A stretch of DNA of 63,950 nucleotides, counting the filler, from Reticulomyxa filosa (taxonomy: Eukaryota; Protista; Foraminifera), in assembly GCA_000512085.1 (NCBI GenBank). It is 15 parts of 15 records of this genome, joined end to end, with 100 filler letters (N's around TTAATTAATTAA, not from the genome) between each part and the next. Parts side by side here need not be neighbours in the genome. Positions count along the whole stretch, not along the records: positions 1 to 13,793 come from ASPP01012335.1; 14 more parts are not named here. One strand, 5' to 3'. Shown here piece by piece: positions 1 to 13,793 of the stretch. Under the pieces are notes generated by a model that had not been told where the DNA came from, made no database searches, and saw only the letters and a list, made by a program, of their open reading frames with translations. The position numbers and the translations under genes were made by a program. The number at the start of each line of letters is the position of its first letter. Positions within the stretch are counted from its first letter, which is position 1.

Positions 1-39
1 TTTTTTTTTTTTTTTTGCGAAGTTTAGAAAATAGTGGTA

Positions 40-2548
40 ATGTCGCAATCTCCACAAGCAGAAAGTCCAAGAAGTGACAAGGAACAGCAACAGACGACAG
101 ATGTTCAAATAAAGACACAGCAAGTGTTGGCACATCATATATTGCACCGACCAAAGAAGCAAGAGTTGGTGAACCAGAATAATTGAAAGCATTTGACGCG
201 GACCCGGGATTGCAGCAAATAATGAGCAACCTGTTGCGTCGTCGAATCTCAATGTTATTGTCACAGAAGATGACGAACCGGAAATCGATGCAAACGTTGA
301 TAAGCACAGGAGTGTTGAAGGAGCCGTTGGAGCGCAAAGATAGTAAAGACTTGTTGACAAGAGATGGAGGACATCGAGTATCAGCAGCAGCAGCAGCAGC
401 GTCATTGTCCTCGTCCTCGTCCTCGTCCTCGTCCTTGTCGTCATCGAATGTGCATAGTTCATCGCTGTCGCCAACATCATCGCGCGCGTTGGGGATAGGA
501 TCGGAGGGCGGCATAACAAGCGAAGAAAAGGATCGAACAGAGATGTTCCGAAGGATGTCGGAGCTGACCGAGTTTTTGGCACGACGTCCGAGTTTGGACG
601 AGTTGGTGAACGCAAACGTGGTGGAAGACGTGATGACATGGACAAAGATCCAGATGGAAGGGGTGATTCCCCGTCCTCGTAATTGTCACAGCGCGTGTCA
701 GTTGAATGATCGAATGTACTTGGCGGGAGGCTATGGAACGGGGAGTACGTCGATCGATCTGCTAGTGATGGACACGACCACGCAGCATTGGTTCCGACCG
801 CTCGTAGGAGGCGTGGTGCCATCGGAGAGATATTCGCACACGGTGTGTGCGTGGGGCACACATTTGTTAGTGTTTGGCGGGTTTTCGGTGACGGGCAAAT
901 GGATGAATGATTTGCACGCTTTGGACACGGAGTATAAGCAAGAGTTTGTGCCTTCATTGTCAGTGTATGGGTCCAGCAAGGCGCAGCACTCGCCCATGTT
1001 GATGTGGTACCAACCCGAGTTCACTGGCGATCCCCCTGCTTGTCGTGCCGGCCATGCCAGTGTTGTCATTGGACATAAAATGTACATTTTTGGTGGGAAC
1101 AATCACCAACGCTTATTCAATGATTTGCACGTATTGGACATTCGCGAAATGCGATGGAGTCAAAGTCTGTTCATGGGACAGGCCCCTTCGGCCAGGGCTG
1201 GACATGCCATGGTGGCTGTGGACAAATGGTTAGTTGTCTTTGGCGGGTCCAACGGACAAAAACCTTTAAATGATTTGTCCTTTTTGATACTGATTCCTGC
1301 ACATGGATTCAACCCCCTATCAATGGCACTCCTCCATCTCCTCGAAGTGGACATTCCATGTGTGTCATTCGTGATAACCAGCTCCTCGTCTTTGCCGGAG
1401 GGTATCAACAAAAGATCTTCAATGACTTGCATATGTTCGATATGGATACGTATACGTGGTCGCGCCCTTCCGACACGGGCGCCGTACCCTGTCCCCGCGC
1501 TGGCCATTCGTGCGTCGTCAGTGCTGACAATGTCGTACGTATCTTTGGCGGGGGAGACGTCGAACGCGAACTGTTCAACGATTTTTACGTGCTAGACACG
1601 GGCTACTTTTGTAAAAAAGACGAAATTTCCAAACTTATTTTGGCCCAAAAAAATGCCACCAAAGCCAAGTCCAAAGCTTGCTCCGGCGTCGGCAGTGCAG
1701 CCACAGGCGCCACCATGCTCTCGTCGGCATCCACGCCGTCCAATAAGCTCCCCGTTGTCGACGAAGAAGTGGAGACAGATGATCACGACGTGCAGTTGAA
1801 TCCGTTGAACGACGACCCGTCTAGCATTATGGATGCCAATGATATGTCTTCTTCTTCTTCTTCATCTTCATCTTCAATTGCTTCTGTTGTTGGTACTAGT
1901 GCAAACTCTAAAGTCAATGCAAATGCTATCACATCTGCAACAACAGCAAAGGCGGCAGCAACTACTGCTACAGCAACAACAACAACAACAACAACAACAG
2001 CTACTACTACTACTACTACTAGTAGCACTAATACTGCCACTACTACCTCAGGCACAACTGCTGCTACTGCTACTGCTGCTGCTGCTGGATCGATCGCATT
2101 GGCTGGGGAAAGCGATGAAACACAAGATGATAAACTGTTTGCGCAAGAACTTGAAACCATATCGCTGGATATCGAAACCTATGTGACCGACACGAAGAAA
2201 GACATTGAAAAGAAAATCACCGAGTTTCGCAACAAAGAACGCACCTATTTGAATCTCTTGAAAACAATCGACACGGAACGAGAAAAGCTAGTTGTGGATA
2301 TCGTCGAGCAATGCCAAGAATTGCAAAAACAGACCAAAGCGCGGCTGGATGACTTGAACGCCAAGTATATGGCTCGCTTGCTGCGACGAGAGGTCTCGCA
2401 ACTCAACAGTCATTTGAACCCACCACCTGACAAAGTCGAACCTATTCCTGTGCCTTCGAACAGTCTTCCTTTTTCTTCTGTTTCTTCTTCCACCAAACCA
2501 AGGGAAAGAAAATTCAAAGGTAATCGCGCCAAGAGTGTCATTGATTAA
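40..2548 (+). CDS. RPEL-repeat + Kelch beta-propeller protein with Ser/Thr low-complexity linker and C-terminal coiled coil (two apparent frameshifts)
   Basis: ATG at 40 reads ...LAHHILHRPKKQELVNQN and continues in ORF 183 after a shift at ~181-185. Further RPEL-like motifs are LSQKMTNRKSMQTLISTGVL and LTEFLARRPSLDELVNANVV. Kelch repeats (PRNCHS..LAGG, RYSHT..VFGG, RAGHAS..IFGG, RAGHAM..VFGG) continue into ORF 1358-2548 after a shift at ~1281-1287. Confidence 0.85.
1845..2087 (+). repeat. Coding trinucleotide low-complexity tract (poly-Ser/Thr/Ala; TCT, ACA, ACT, GCT repeats)
   Basis: Direct reading of the sequence. Confidence 0.9.
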
Positions 2549-3870
2549 ACACTCCTTTCATTTTCTCTCTCTCGCTTTGCCCTCTTTTTTTTTTTAAAAA
2601 AAAAAAAGGGGGGGGGGGGGAGAGGCAAGGAAAAAATACAAATGAAAAAGCGTTGAAATTTTGATAATTCCCAAAACGATAAAAAATTTTTTACGTCTTT
2701 CAAATTCTATTTTGGCAAGGAAAGTGTAATTTGAAAAACAAAGAATGCAGGTTGCTGTGTTCTTCTTTGTTATTTTTATTTTTTATTTTATCTTTTTGTT
2801 TTTTTTTCTTTTTTTTTTTTTTTGCTTTTCCTTTTTTTCCCCAGTGTTTGTTGCATTTTCTTCAGGGTCGGGGATCGTTCCTTTATAAACTTTTTGTTGT
2901 TTCTGAGCAATTTGTGGAACAATAATAACAAAAACAAGCGTTTTCCTTTCATTCAATTGAACTGTCTCGATTTCGTTTTAAGTAATAAAATCTTTTGTAG
3001 GCTCATGAGCATTACCATCAATATTTTATACTGCAATTTGCTGTTGTATGTTTTTGTGTGAGTTTCCCTTTACAAGCTTGAATAAAATACAAAAGTGATT
3101 GAAAGAAATTTTGAGTATAGTTTCCATGGTTAGAAAAAAAAGATTGCGATGAAAAAAAAATTTAAATCTTGGATGTATATTCCCAAAAAGTAGAGGTTCG
3201 TTGGAAGAACAGGGTTTGTGCAAAAAAGGCAGTATTGATATTTTTTATTTTACTGCTCAACGAATGGTTGTTGAAGGGAGCATAATTATTTGCAATATTA
3301 GCCATTCTATTCTTTCATCAAATTACCTTATTTGTTTCACAGTTTCGAACATTGCTGTAGTCCGTTAGTTGAACTTTTCTGTCAGCAAAAGTGTTATGAT
3401 TTTAATAGATTGCTGCTATCATTATATTTTTTAAAGGAAAAAGTTTGTACAAAAAAATAAGTGGTACGTAATTTTTTTTTTTGATACTTGTCCATGCAGA
3501 CAAAGCCTATGATATTGATATGGTTTTATTTATTGTTAAAAAAATGTAAATGTACTTTGTCACATCGACAATACTTATGTCAAGTCCAAGTATACATTAA
3601 AAAGATCACGATTTCGTGGTATAAACTGTCTAAGAACAATTTTAAAATATACCATCCTCGAACGGATCGTTCTTCATATTTGTTCGTTTATAATTTATTC
3701 TCCTGCATATTAAAATGAACAGCAAAGATTAGGACAACAATAAAGAAACAAAAAAAACTGTTTCAAGCAAACAAAAGGGACTTTCAAAGACAGGAGTGTT
3801 TACAGTTTGAGGAGTCGAAGTTTTATTCAACCCTCTTTCGAATTTTAATTAGTAAAAATATATAAAGATC

Positions 3871-6800
3871 ATGCCTTTCAAAGAAAAATCTCAGCCTGTG
3901 TTTAAAGGCGTCACAACAGAAGGGCCGAATCTATTGCGACGAAAAGGAACGGTACACAAAAGGCACGGACACACCAAACCAGGAGGAAAAAAGCAGACGA
4001 CGATAAACCTCTCCACCCGAAAAAATAGTAATTTGCGCAACCAATTGGCTGTGTTGAGACAATCTTCTCGGCCGGTTGCCGATAAGCCTTTGAAAACAAA
4101 ATCATCTGCTTTAGTTCAAAAGTTGCAATGGGAAAAGTTGAAGGCAGCGCCCCAAACATTTAAGAACTTGTCTAAGCGCTCGCTTCTCTTTTCCGTGGAG
4201 CAAACCGCCAAAATTGACAGGATCACCATTTATTACATCGCACTATCTGGGCTGAATGAACTGTGTGAGGTCGACGGAAGATTTAATTCCTTTCATCAAA
4301 CTATTTTCTCGCCACAAACGTTGGAACTTTTTTTGAAAAAAGGAAAAAGGGCAGAAGAAAATTTTTTTTTTTTTTATAAAAATAACCAAGGGAGGACCCC
4401 CCCCCCTTTTTTTTTAAAAAAAAAATTGTGTGCACCAAAGAGGAGGGGAGGAGATGTTGTAAGAGGAAGGGTTTATTATATTGCGATATTGCGTAAGGTA
4501 TGGGGTGAGTGAGGAAAAAAAAAAAATCTTTTTTTTTTTTTTTAATAAATAAACAAACAAACAAAAAAAAAAAAAAGGGCATTGCAAGGTGGTGTAGCTC
4601 AGCGCAATGAAACGTATGATCGAGGACAAGAAGAGGATAACAAAGTGCAAAAAAAGACAGACGAAGAAGTGATTCGATTGTTGCGGTTGCTATGTCCGTA
4701 TTTTTTATTGGAAAGTGCTCACAAAGTGTTGGAATATTTGGTTCGGTATCATAAAGTACATTTGAATTATTCCACGTATTGTTTGGAATGTTGCCTACCG
4801 TACCATCGGACGACGACATTTGGGAGATTCATTCAGCTGTTGGAATTCCCGACACACGAGTGGCAGCTGCTGTTGACCAATTGCCAGAAAGAAGGGAGCC
4901 CATTGGATACTCAAATACTGATCCATCAATGCATAATTGATTCTTCTATACTCAATTTCATTGGACAAATGGCCGAGAATGTATTGCAATTGCCTGCTTA
5001 TTTTGCCCCGCATTCGCAAGTAGGCACCGTCGAAAGGTCGACTTCGTTTCCTCATTCCGTCACCTTTTCATTCTTTGTTACCATTGTCCTTCGCATATTT
5101 CGCTTCGTTGTGAAAGAGAAACAACACCAGCTGAACCATTTCATGTTGCTGATTTTGCCTCGAGTCATTCGAGGAATAAATCTTTCTGTTTCGTCATCAT
5201 CGTCACCATCGAATGACCCCAAATGCATGTTCGAATGGCGATTGTCTTGCATCATGATCATGATCTATATTTGCTCGATTTGTCAATTGGAACGCAATCG
5301 CATGGCCCAATTGTTGAATGCGTTTATCTGCGATCCCATGTATTTGAAGCCTGAGTCGCTGTCCGGACCTGTGATGGAAACACTGATGATGGCAGTCGAT
5401 TATCTCGTGTCGTCGCAACGACTCCGTGCTCTTCCATCGCTCAGCTTCTATCGCTTAGCTCGGTACCATCATATCACAATGCACAGTAACGAATTTACAT
5501 TTGGAACTCTCTGCGATGTCTGGAATCGACTGGCATTAAAGTTCCAGTTGTCGCTGCCAACACTTATCGCTAACCAATTGTTGTCATATGTTAACAACAA
5601 TAACAATAACAAAGATAATGACAATAATGAAGACAATGACGCCAAGGACCAAGACAGTGCCAAAATGGATATTGATGCTTCTTCGTCCACCCCCACTCTT
5701 TATCATGACTTTTTGATCCATTTGTTGACAAACTTTCAATTCACCCACGACGACAAAGTCAAATTGGCCAATTCCTTACTCTCTATCATGCTTAGTGCTG
5801 GAAGTGATCGTCAAAAGGAATTTCAGTTCTATTACATCTTCTCCACAAAAAAAGAAATTTTTTTTTTTAATTAAGTATTATTGTTATTATTATTATTATT
5901 TACAAATTAATCATTTGAATGTACACAAAAACCTAACATATGTGTGCATACCTTGCGATAATATATGACAATCAACTTTCCCCCTCGCCCCTCTTTGTCT
6001 CATAAAGGGCGTATCAAAAAACGTTTGGTTTCTAAGAGTGTGGTGTCTTCAACTCTTAATAAATGAACAAATCATCGAAAACACAAAACTACAAAAATAA
6101 TACAAAAGACACATTTTCCAAGTAATGTTGGATAATTTTGGTGCCGAATTAAATCTGGCCTTTGGTCAATGGACACAAAAACTGGAGAAAGAAAAATCAC
6201 CAAAGAAAGCCTATCTATTCGAACTGGCATCGTCATTGTTACATGATGTTACGTGCCTTTTTTTTTTTGTTTTCTCTCCTTCATCCACCTCCCCCTTCCC
6301 CATGCATGCCTTTGACCAAAAAAAAAAAAAAACATATGGGAACAAACTCTTTTTGAATAGTGTTGTTTAGAATATGTATACGCAACCAAATTTGTGCATA
6401 TACATGTTTTCCAAAAATTTGAAAATGAACATTGAGTTTGGGGACAGATTTGTAAAAATCCAATGGAAACCTTGAAAGGGCTCCTAAGTAGTAATTGGAC
6501 GAAACCAATGATCGGCAATACATTGGACAAAGCACATAGCCTTTGCAAGGAAGGAGCATTGGAAAAGCGGCAATTGCTCGAGTTGGTTTGCTTGGCCTGT
6601 CAATACCACAAAGTAGAGAAGATTCGATTTAGCATAATACACAAATTGGTGGAATGGGAGGACGTCGATCCACATGCATCGGTAGAATGGTCCGAGTTGT
6701 CTGATATTTTATTGAAAATGGTGGAGAAGATCAAAGACAAAAGCTTTGAAAATATCGGTGCAATGGATATTATGAAACTTTTGGCACGTGCGTCGCGTCA

Positions 6801-9800
6801 GATTGATGCATCTTCCTACGGCGAAAAAATTAACAAAAATGTATCTGTTAGCATGTTGAATGTACTTGCGCTATGTCCAAATTTGCAGTCATTCGTGAAA
6901 GTACTGGAAGCAGCAAAAGGTGCGGGTTTGCATCGTCTTTGCGAAGTGTTGACTACCAAAGATAATTCACCAAGTGAATGTTTATCTGTCTTTTCCCTCG
7001 AATTGAGCAAAATTATGCAAGCCGATGCCAATCATTGGCTTAGCGTTGCTTCCTCTGTTCATATCAATATCAGTGCCTGTGGACTTATAATCGGAGCCAT
7101 TTGTTCCATGTTGTCGACTGCGACTTCGCAAACGACGACATCAATGGTGAAATTGATTCAAATTGCGCTTTCGGCCTGCCAGCGTGTGCAAAACTTGAAG
7201 GAATACACTCCAACCATTGCCAAGTTATTTGAATTGAGTGTGGCGCATTTGTATCGAGGCTGTGGCACTTATTTTGACCTGTCTGTATCTCCGATGCAAT
7301 CCAATCCTATCACCAATTGCAAAGACAATGTGCGATTATTGCAGTCGTTATTCATTAGAATTTCGGACTTTAACAAGGACTCCAAAATTAGCGAGCAATT
7401 GATTCTCGCATTCACAAACAATCGAAATATTCCTTCCATTCCATTCCTTGTCTCCTTTTTGATGTCCGGTCAAAAGCCTTTGCTGGCAAAGGATCGCATT
7501 TTGGCATTCCAATGTCTGGCGATAGCCAGTACACATTTGCAGGAACGAGACGTGACAAGAGAGCTATTAGTGAGATTGCTGTTGGTGACATTGTACGGAT
7601 TCAGAGACCCTTATCACGCGGTTCGAGCCGCAGCAAAGGTTTGGCTGCGACAGTTGCTCAACTTGATTCAGCAAAATGATATCAAATTGAACGCAGATCA
7701 ATGGTTCATTGCCTGGAAAGAGATTCTGTCGTTGAAGCAGGATGAAGCATTGGCCGATTCAACAGCAGTGTTGTATGCCGTTCAAAGTTGGAAAAACGTG
7801 GACACGGAGAGTGTTCCTTTATTGCTTGACTCGATTTTGCCACTGCTCACGCAACACAAAATGTCGGTTGGGTTCTTCAAGCGCATTGCCCCGATATTGG
7901 CGACTATCTATATTTCTTACCGGAAACAGCTGCGAGCTTCACTCGTGCACTTCGTACAGACCTGCCATGACTTTACACCTCGCATTCGAAGATATTACTT
8001 GACCCCTTTTATTCAAGCATTTATCCATCCACAAATCTTGCCTTGTGAGCCGCAACTGTTGGACTGTGTCTGCAGTCTGATTACAAAGGATGAAAATGAA
8101 GCTATCCTCAACGCCATGGTCGCGAATAACGTATGGATGAGATTGAACGAGAAGCAGCAAATAAAAATCTTTATCAGCTGTGAAAAAGCTTTGGACACGG
8201 ATAATCTCGAGTATCGAAAGGTCGTGTTGCATTCTTTATTGAATTTACCACTGTCCATCGAAATGTTTTGCTCTTTGTTGCAAATGGGTGCACATGCTTG
8301 CAATGACGATAAGAACATAAGTACGGTATCTTTGGCATCCCCTATCATCAAACCCAAAATATTGATGAGGTGCGCACCATTTGGTTCAAACGTTATACCA
8401 TTTTACTTATGAAATTGAACCACTTGCAGTCCTTTTCCACTGAATTGTCCCTATTAAAGAAAGAGTTACTACAGCTCGTGTTTAGTCAAATACAATACCT
8501 CAATGAGCAATTAACCCAATTGCTTTCCAAACAAGAATTGGAAATAGAAGTCGATGCACCTTCGGCGCCAACCGAGGCTGCGACAGACAAAGAGGTTAGT
8601 CAAGATCGTCTCTTGGGATATGTCGATCTTGGAGATTTATTAGGAGACGCCAAGAATGTATTTGAATTTAAAGAACGTGAAAAACGTGAGACAGAAATGC
8701 AAACACAACGAGTGGAAGAAGAACGTGAGGTGCAATGGATAGCATCGATGCGCCATATGTTATTGTCAATTACACTCCCCATATTGAAAAATATCAAAAC
8801 AGTGCCGGAGGATTGGAACGCAACTCTTTTGGTGGAGTGCATAGGACTAGAGCTAATGAATGGAAGGGATGGAAGCTTAATCATTACCTTGGTTACTGCG
8901 TTGGCAAAAGTCGTGCCCGAAGTGGTATTGGAGCTTATATTGCCATTTTTTGACTTTATTCAACAGTCGGATCTCTTGGAAATGGCACCCTCCATGATCA
9001 CTTTTCGTTTATTGGAAGAGTTTATGAATTCTGCTTTGCCTTGTGTGGGTCCTTTATTGAATAAACCCGACCTCCAGCACAAATTGGAGCAAATTGTCGT
9101 TAGAGCGGCCCATTTATTTTTCAATGAACAAGAAAAGAAAAGATCTACCAATTTGTTGGGATTGTTTTTGTTGAACTTGAAATGCTGCCCTTCAGCCATT
9201 CCTTTGTGTCTAAGTGTGGTATTGAACATGCTTCTGCAAGAAGAGGGTAATGAAGATGAAGGAGAAAACGAAAAAGAAGAAAAAGAACCAATAGAACATG
9301 AAGAAAAAAAAGAAAAAGGAAAAAGTCATAACAATCAGAAATCGACGAAAAAGACAGATATCCCAAGTAAATTGCAAACTAGTCATTTCAACTCTTGTTC
9401 TCAATTACTTCAATATGCAACGCAAGGAGACGTGGCACAGCAGTTGCAATACATTTTTGAGACATTGCATTGGATTGTTTGTCATCCCTCGTGCGCACTG
9501 AATGCAGAAGAGATTCCTTGTGTCCCTCATCCACTCCCAGAGCATATCAGCTCTCAAACAATGGCGAAAGACCTGAAAGATATTGCTCAAAGCAACTTTC
9601 AAATTTGGTGCAGACTGTGTTTGGAATGGGCTATTTCTCATTTGAAATCACGAAATTTTGTTGAGGAATATTCGCTTGTGGCCTTGGAAGAGAATGAGAA
9701 AAATCAAATTAATGCAATCGCCTGTTCCCTGTTTCAATTGACGTTTGCACTTTATACCTCGTATCCGCAGTTGTTTACAGAGAAAAACACACAAGCCAGT

Positions 9801-12088
9801 AATGAAGAGTGGCTGCAATTGCAAATGAAAGGCAAATCCACGAAACATTTTGCATGGATTTTGGAGTATTCTCCGACCGAACAAGGGGTGTTTTTATTGA
9901 ATGAATTGTTAGATGTGACTCGAGGTTTGCTTCATTTACGAGACTTTGGCAAAGTGATTCACGCCTTATTTACACCAGAACTGAAGGTAGGGACTCAAAC
10001 ACGTATCATTTGGATGAAAGGCATCGACTTAATTATTGATCAAGTTGAACAGAAATCGCAAAAGTTTACTACACTTACCGTGACTTGGTATTGGCAGAAT
10101 ATTATTCGACCTTTGATTGATCGCTTCCTTTGCAAATGGCTGGAAAAAGACGAATCACAAGTCGCACTCGAATTGAATCTTTTGCTTTCTCAAAAAATTT
10201 TACTCTTGACTGATGCTGCGGTTCGTCAGTTGTATGTGCCCTGGAAAGATTATGTATTGGTGAGTGATAACATAAAATATCTCATTTCCATTTGGACACA
10301 AATGCTTCAAAACCCTGAAATAAAAGATGAATTATTGTGTCATATCATGATATGTTTTTCCACATGTGTGGCAGTCCTGGGCTCCGATATGTTGCCTCAA
10401 CTGCCTTCCTTAATGCAAGCGCTGACAGACAATATCTTCTCAAAACTCCAAACCGTGCCCACTTCCACAGAAGCATTGCTCACTTGCTGCTTACCACTCT
10501 TGGAAAGTCTGTTCCATCATATGCCTGTTTTCATGAACAAGTTTGTGCCCATTATTTTGAAACATTTGCTGAGTATCAAACTGTTGACCTGCATATCTCA
10601 AGTCAGAGCCTCCCAGACTTCCACTCTTTCCAACTTCTCTTTATATGAAAGCTCTCTTTCTCCTATTGCTTTATACTTGGATCATATTATTGAGTTGAGT
10701 GGACAACTTTTTTTTCTTAGTTTATTGTCCAACGATTACATAATTATATATTCATATATGTATACAACGCTCACATGTTTTGTATTCGCAAATTATATCA
10801 TAGTCATATCGGAAAGACACCCTGTGAAGACTTGTTGGAAGCATTAAAGCAACTCTATCCATTATTGATAGACGAAAAAGCCCAACACGACAAAACATCA
10901 ACAAACAGCGTAACATACAACGAAGATTCAATTGTGTATTTCTTCAAAATTGTGCATGTGATGATTACTTCTTGGAAAAAAGAGGATGCGTCATTATATT
11001 ATATGCCCACTTTTGAAATCTTTCAAAAGGTCATGGACATTCGATTTGTGGTGTATAAGGCAGGAGACATTCCATTAGACCCAAAGCGATGTGAGACAAT
11101 TGCACTGGAGACATTTGTTCAGATGGTATATAGACTGAAAGATATCGAAATGATGGATCTGATGGAAAAAATGGTATATTGGGTGGAGGAAGATCCCAAT
11201 GCGGGCCAGCACGCAACTAAAAAGCGTACAAAATTGGAAAGTGAAATTGAAAATATAAGGCAAGTGTCTTATTTGACACGATCACTTTCATTTTTCCGTT
11301 TGGTTATGTTATGTTTGATGAAATTCCGAAAGGCATTTTGCAAAGTGGCACTGTTTTCATTTCGAATGGCATTAAATGCTTTGACCGATGAATTTTCTTT
11401 GATTAAATTGGAACATAAAGAAATTGAGAATACCACCTCTGAAAAACTTATAATCGATATTTTACCACCGGCAAACAAAAAAAAGAGATTAAGTGAGCGC
11501 GTCTCTCAAGAACAAGAAGGAGAACAAAAGGTAAGTGAAGAAGTGTCCACTATGGTCACAGAAGACACGGAAAGCACAGACAACAAGAAAAAGAAGGAAT
11601 GGATCATTGAACGCGATAACTATATTTTGCAAACATTGACTATTACCATGGAAAGTGGCAAAAAAGATGGATTAATTGATCCCAATATGTATTCATTGAT
11701 CTTGCCAGTACTCGTTCGACAAATCAAAGATGGATTTTTAATTCGAAATGAAAGCCAATATATCAGCTTTTTTGAAACTTATCTTACACCTTGTTTTGTG
11801 GCATTAGCAAATAGCACCAAAAACAGACCGTTGTGGAAAGAGTTGAACAATTCTGTTTTGGAAATTACCAAACACAAAAATCCTCTCATACGATGTGCTT
11901 CCGTCGACGTTTTATTGGGATTATTTGCATATATGAAGCATGCATGGTTAGAATGTTTGCCAGAAACCCTTCACGCTATCGATGAATTATTGCAAGATCC
12001 CAATGAAGAAGTTGAACATAGAACCCGTTCGGTTTCCAAAAAAATTGAAGAGCTCACAAACACTCCAATCACCAGGCAACTACACTAG
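3871..12088 (+). CDS. UTP10: U3 snoRNP/SSU processome HEAT-repeat protein UTP10 (HEATR1/BAP28), multi-exon
   Basis: N-terminal SLLFSVEQTAKID..IYYIALSGLNEL and LLCPYFLLESAHKVLEYLVRY; C-terminal WKELNNSVL..LPETLHAIDELLQDPNEEVE. GT-AG introns include 4320-4577 and 10694-10803, with further introns across ~5826-6108 and ~6248-6447. The junction at ~8326-8369 is either a 44-nt intron or a 1-nt indel. Confidence 0.93.
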
Positions 12089-13199
12089 AGAAAGAGGGAG
12101 CAAATGTTGTTGTTTTTGTTGTTGTTGTTCTTTTTTTTGTATGTGTTCAAGTTCCTGTTTATTTGTTCTAGCTGTTGTTGCATGTCGTTTGTTGTATTAA
12201 CCTTTGTTGGTTTTATTTTGTTTTTGACTTATGCCACTTCTTTTTGGTCTACCATGACTGTATTAATGAACTTTTTTCATTTATCGATTTGTAACTTCCT
12301 CATACGTTTGACGCTCATATTCACATTCTCCTCGCTCATTTTTAAAAAAAGAAAAACGGCTTTTTTCAGAAGCATTTATTCTTATTTCGTTCATTGGCTA
12401 ATGTTAAGGGATGGGAATACTATGAACGAAAGATTAATAAATAATAATTATTGAAACAATTGTGGAATAGAAGCTTTCCTTGAAAGTCCTCTTGCAATCG
12501 CAGAAGGAAAACATTAAAAGATTGACCCCTTATCGTATTTTTGTGATTGTCTACTACAAAATATATTGATTGAAAAAACGAAAGATTTTGCAGAATTGGA
12601 ATATTTTTTTCTACAAAAAATTTATTTGAATCGATATGCTCAAGCAAAGTGAAGAATTTATTTTATGAATAAAAAATAAAATTTCACAAAAAAAGAAAAA
12701 AAGTTAAAAAATTTGATTATATAAGCAAGTTTGAACATATGTTATTATTCAAGAAAAGCAGCATAGTTGAAGATCATTATTTTTTGTTTGATTGTTTTGT
12801 CTTTTTCACATTATGCTGTGCATTCTTGCACTTTTGTACTAACTGCTTTTTTCACCATTTGCTTTTTTTGTATAAAATAAAATAAACATTGATTTGATAC
12901 AAATTAAAAATAAAACTCGAAAGATGTATTTGTCAAGGGATACATTTTTTAATTAACGTTTCTTTTTAATGCTCGAAATGCAAAGTAATATGGCAATGCA
13001 GTAACTATATGTGCAACGAAAGAATAAAAATCAATGGGACATTTACACAACCATAATAAATCGCAAACTTGTTTGTGAACTCTGTACAAACCAAAAAACA
13101 AACTAATTCTATTTACATATTTTTAAATTAAAATTTCGTGCAAAGACAGTATAAATATTTTTTTGTCCAATTATCTCTAAAAACATATATCCAATATTT

Positions 13200-13606
13200 T
13201 TTTTACTGTCTTGAATTTACTAGTGAATTGGAAATACTGTTATTATTATTCCAATTTGAAAAAAATGTAATGTTTTTCGTATCTAATTGAACATCTTGTT
13301 TAATAAATATACATTTACAACATGATTATATTTTCAGTCAAACAATTTCAATGTTTTACCAAGTGATTGGCACAATATTGGTACTATCTATTGAAAGGTA
13401 TTACTGACCATGAAGTACTTATAATTTTTGCAATTCTTTCCTGATTTCAAATCAACAATCAAATAGTTTTGTCACATGTCAATGATACAGTCATATTACT
13501 TGATGGAAATTTTGAATTATTCATCAATACTAAATGTCATTATAACACTTAAATTTATTCTATATTATACATTCAGTATTCGAATTATATTTTCATCAGC
13601 TGATAA
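13200..13606 (-). pseudogene. Highly degenerate WD40-family relic, bounded by a Tc1 terminus
   Basis: Fragmentary reads such as SADENIIRILNV and TCDKTI*..DLKSGKELQKL on the minus strand, with many stops and frameshifts. Confidence 0.35.
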
Positions 13607-13608
13607 TA

Positions 13609-13793
13609 CAGTAAGATAAAAAAGAAATTTGACACCTAAAATGCCACCTTATAGAGATGATTGTGTTTCTCCATGAAAAAACGACATTTAATCAAAATTT
13701 TTTTTAAAAAAAATATCTACAAATCGTGTAGTTTTTAAATATCATTTTGGTTTTTTTATTAAGTCTTTACAATTTTTTCAAAAATTTTAATCT
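13609..13793. mobile_element. Tc1/mariner-family terminal inverted repeat (element end, truncated by contig end)
   Basis: TA|CAGTAAGATAAAAAAGAAATTTGACAC...; near reverse complement of 53961-54128 and similar to the right end of the 46304-47613 element. Confidence 0.8.

Noticed and set aside
4320-4582. Apparent non-canonical intron boundaries in UTP10
   Set aside because: A GT-AG solution exists (AC|gt...ag|G GCA TTG), and all introns I checked are canonical.
6433-6435. In-frame TGA in UTP10 suggesting readthrough or an alternative genetic code
   Set aside because: A phase-0 acceptor at 6447 (ACAG|ATT) removes it, and other genes in the window end in TGA, TAA or TAG normally.
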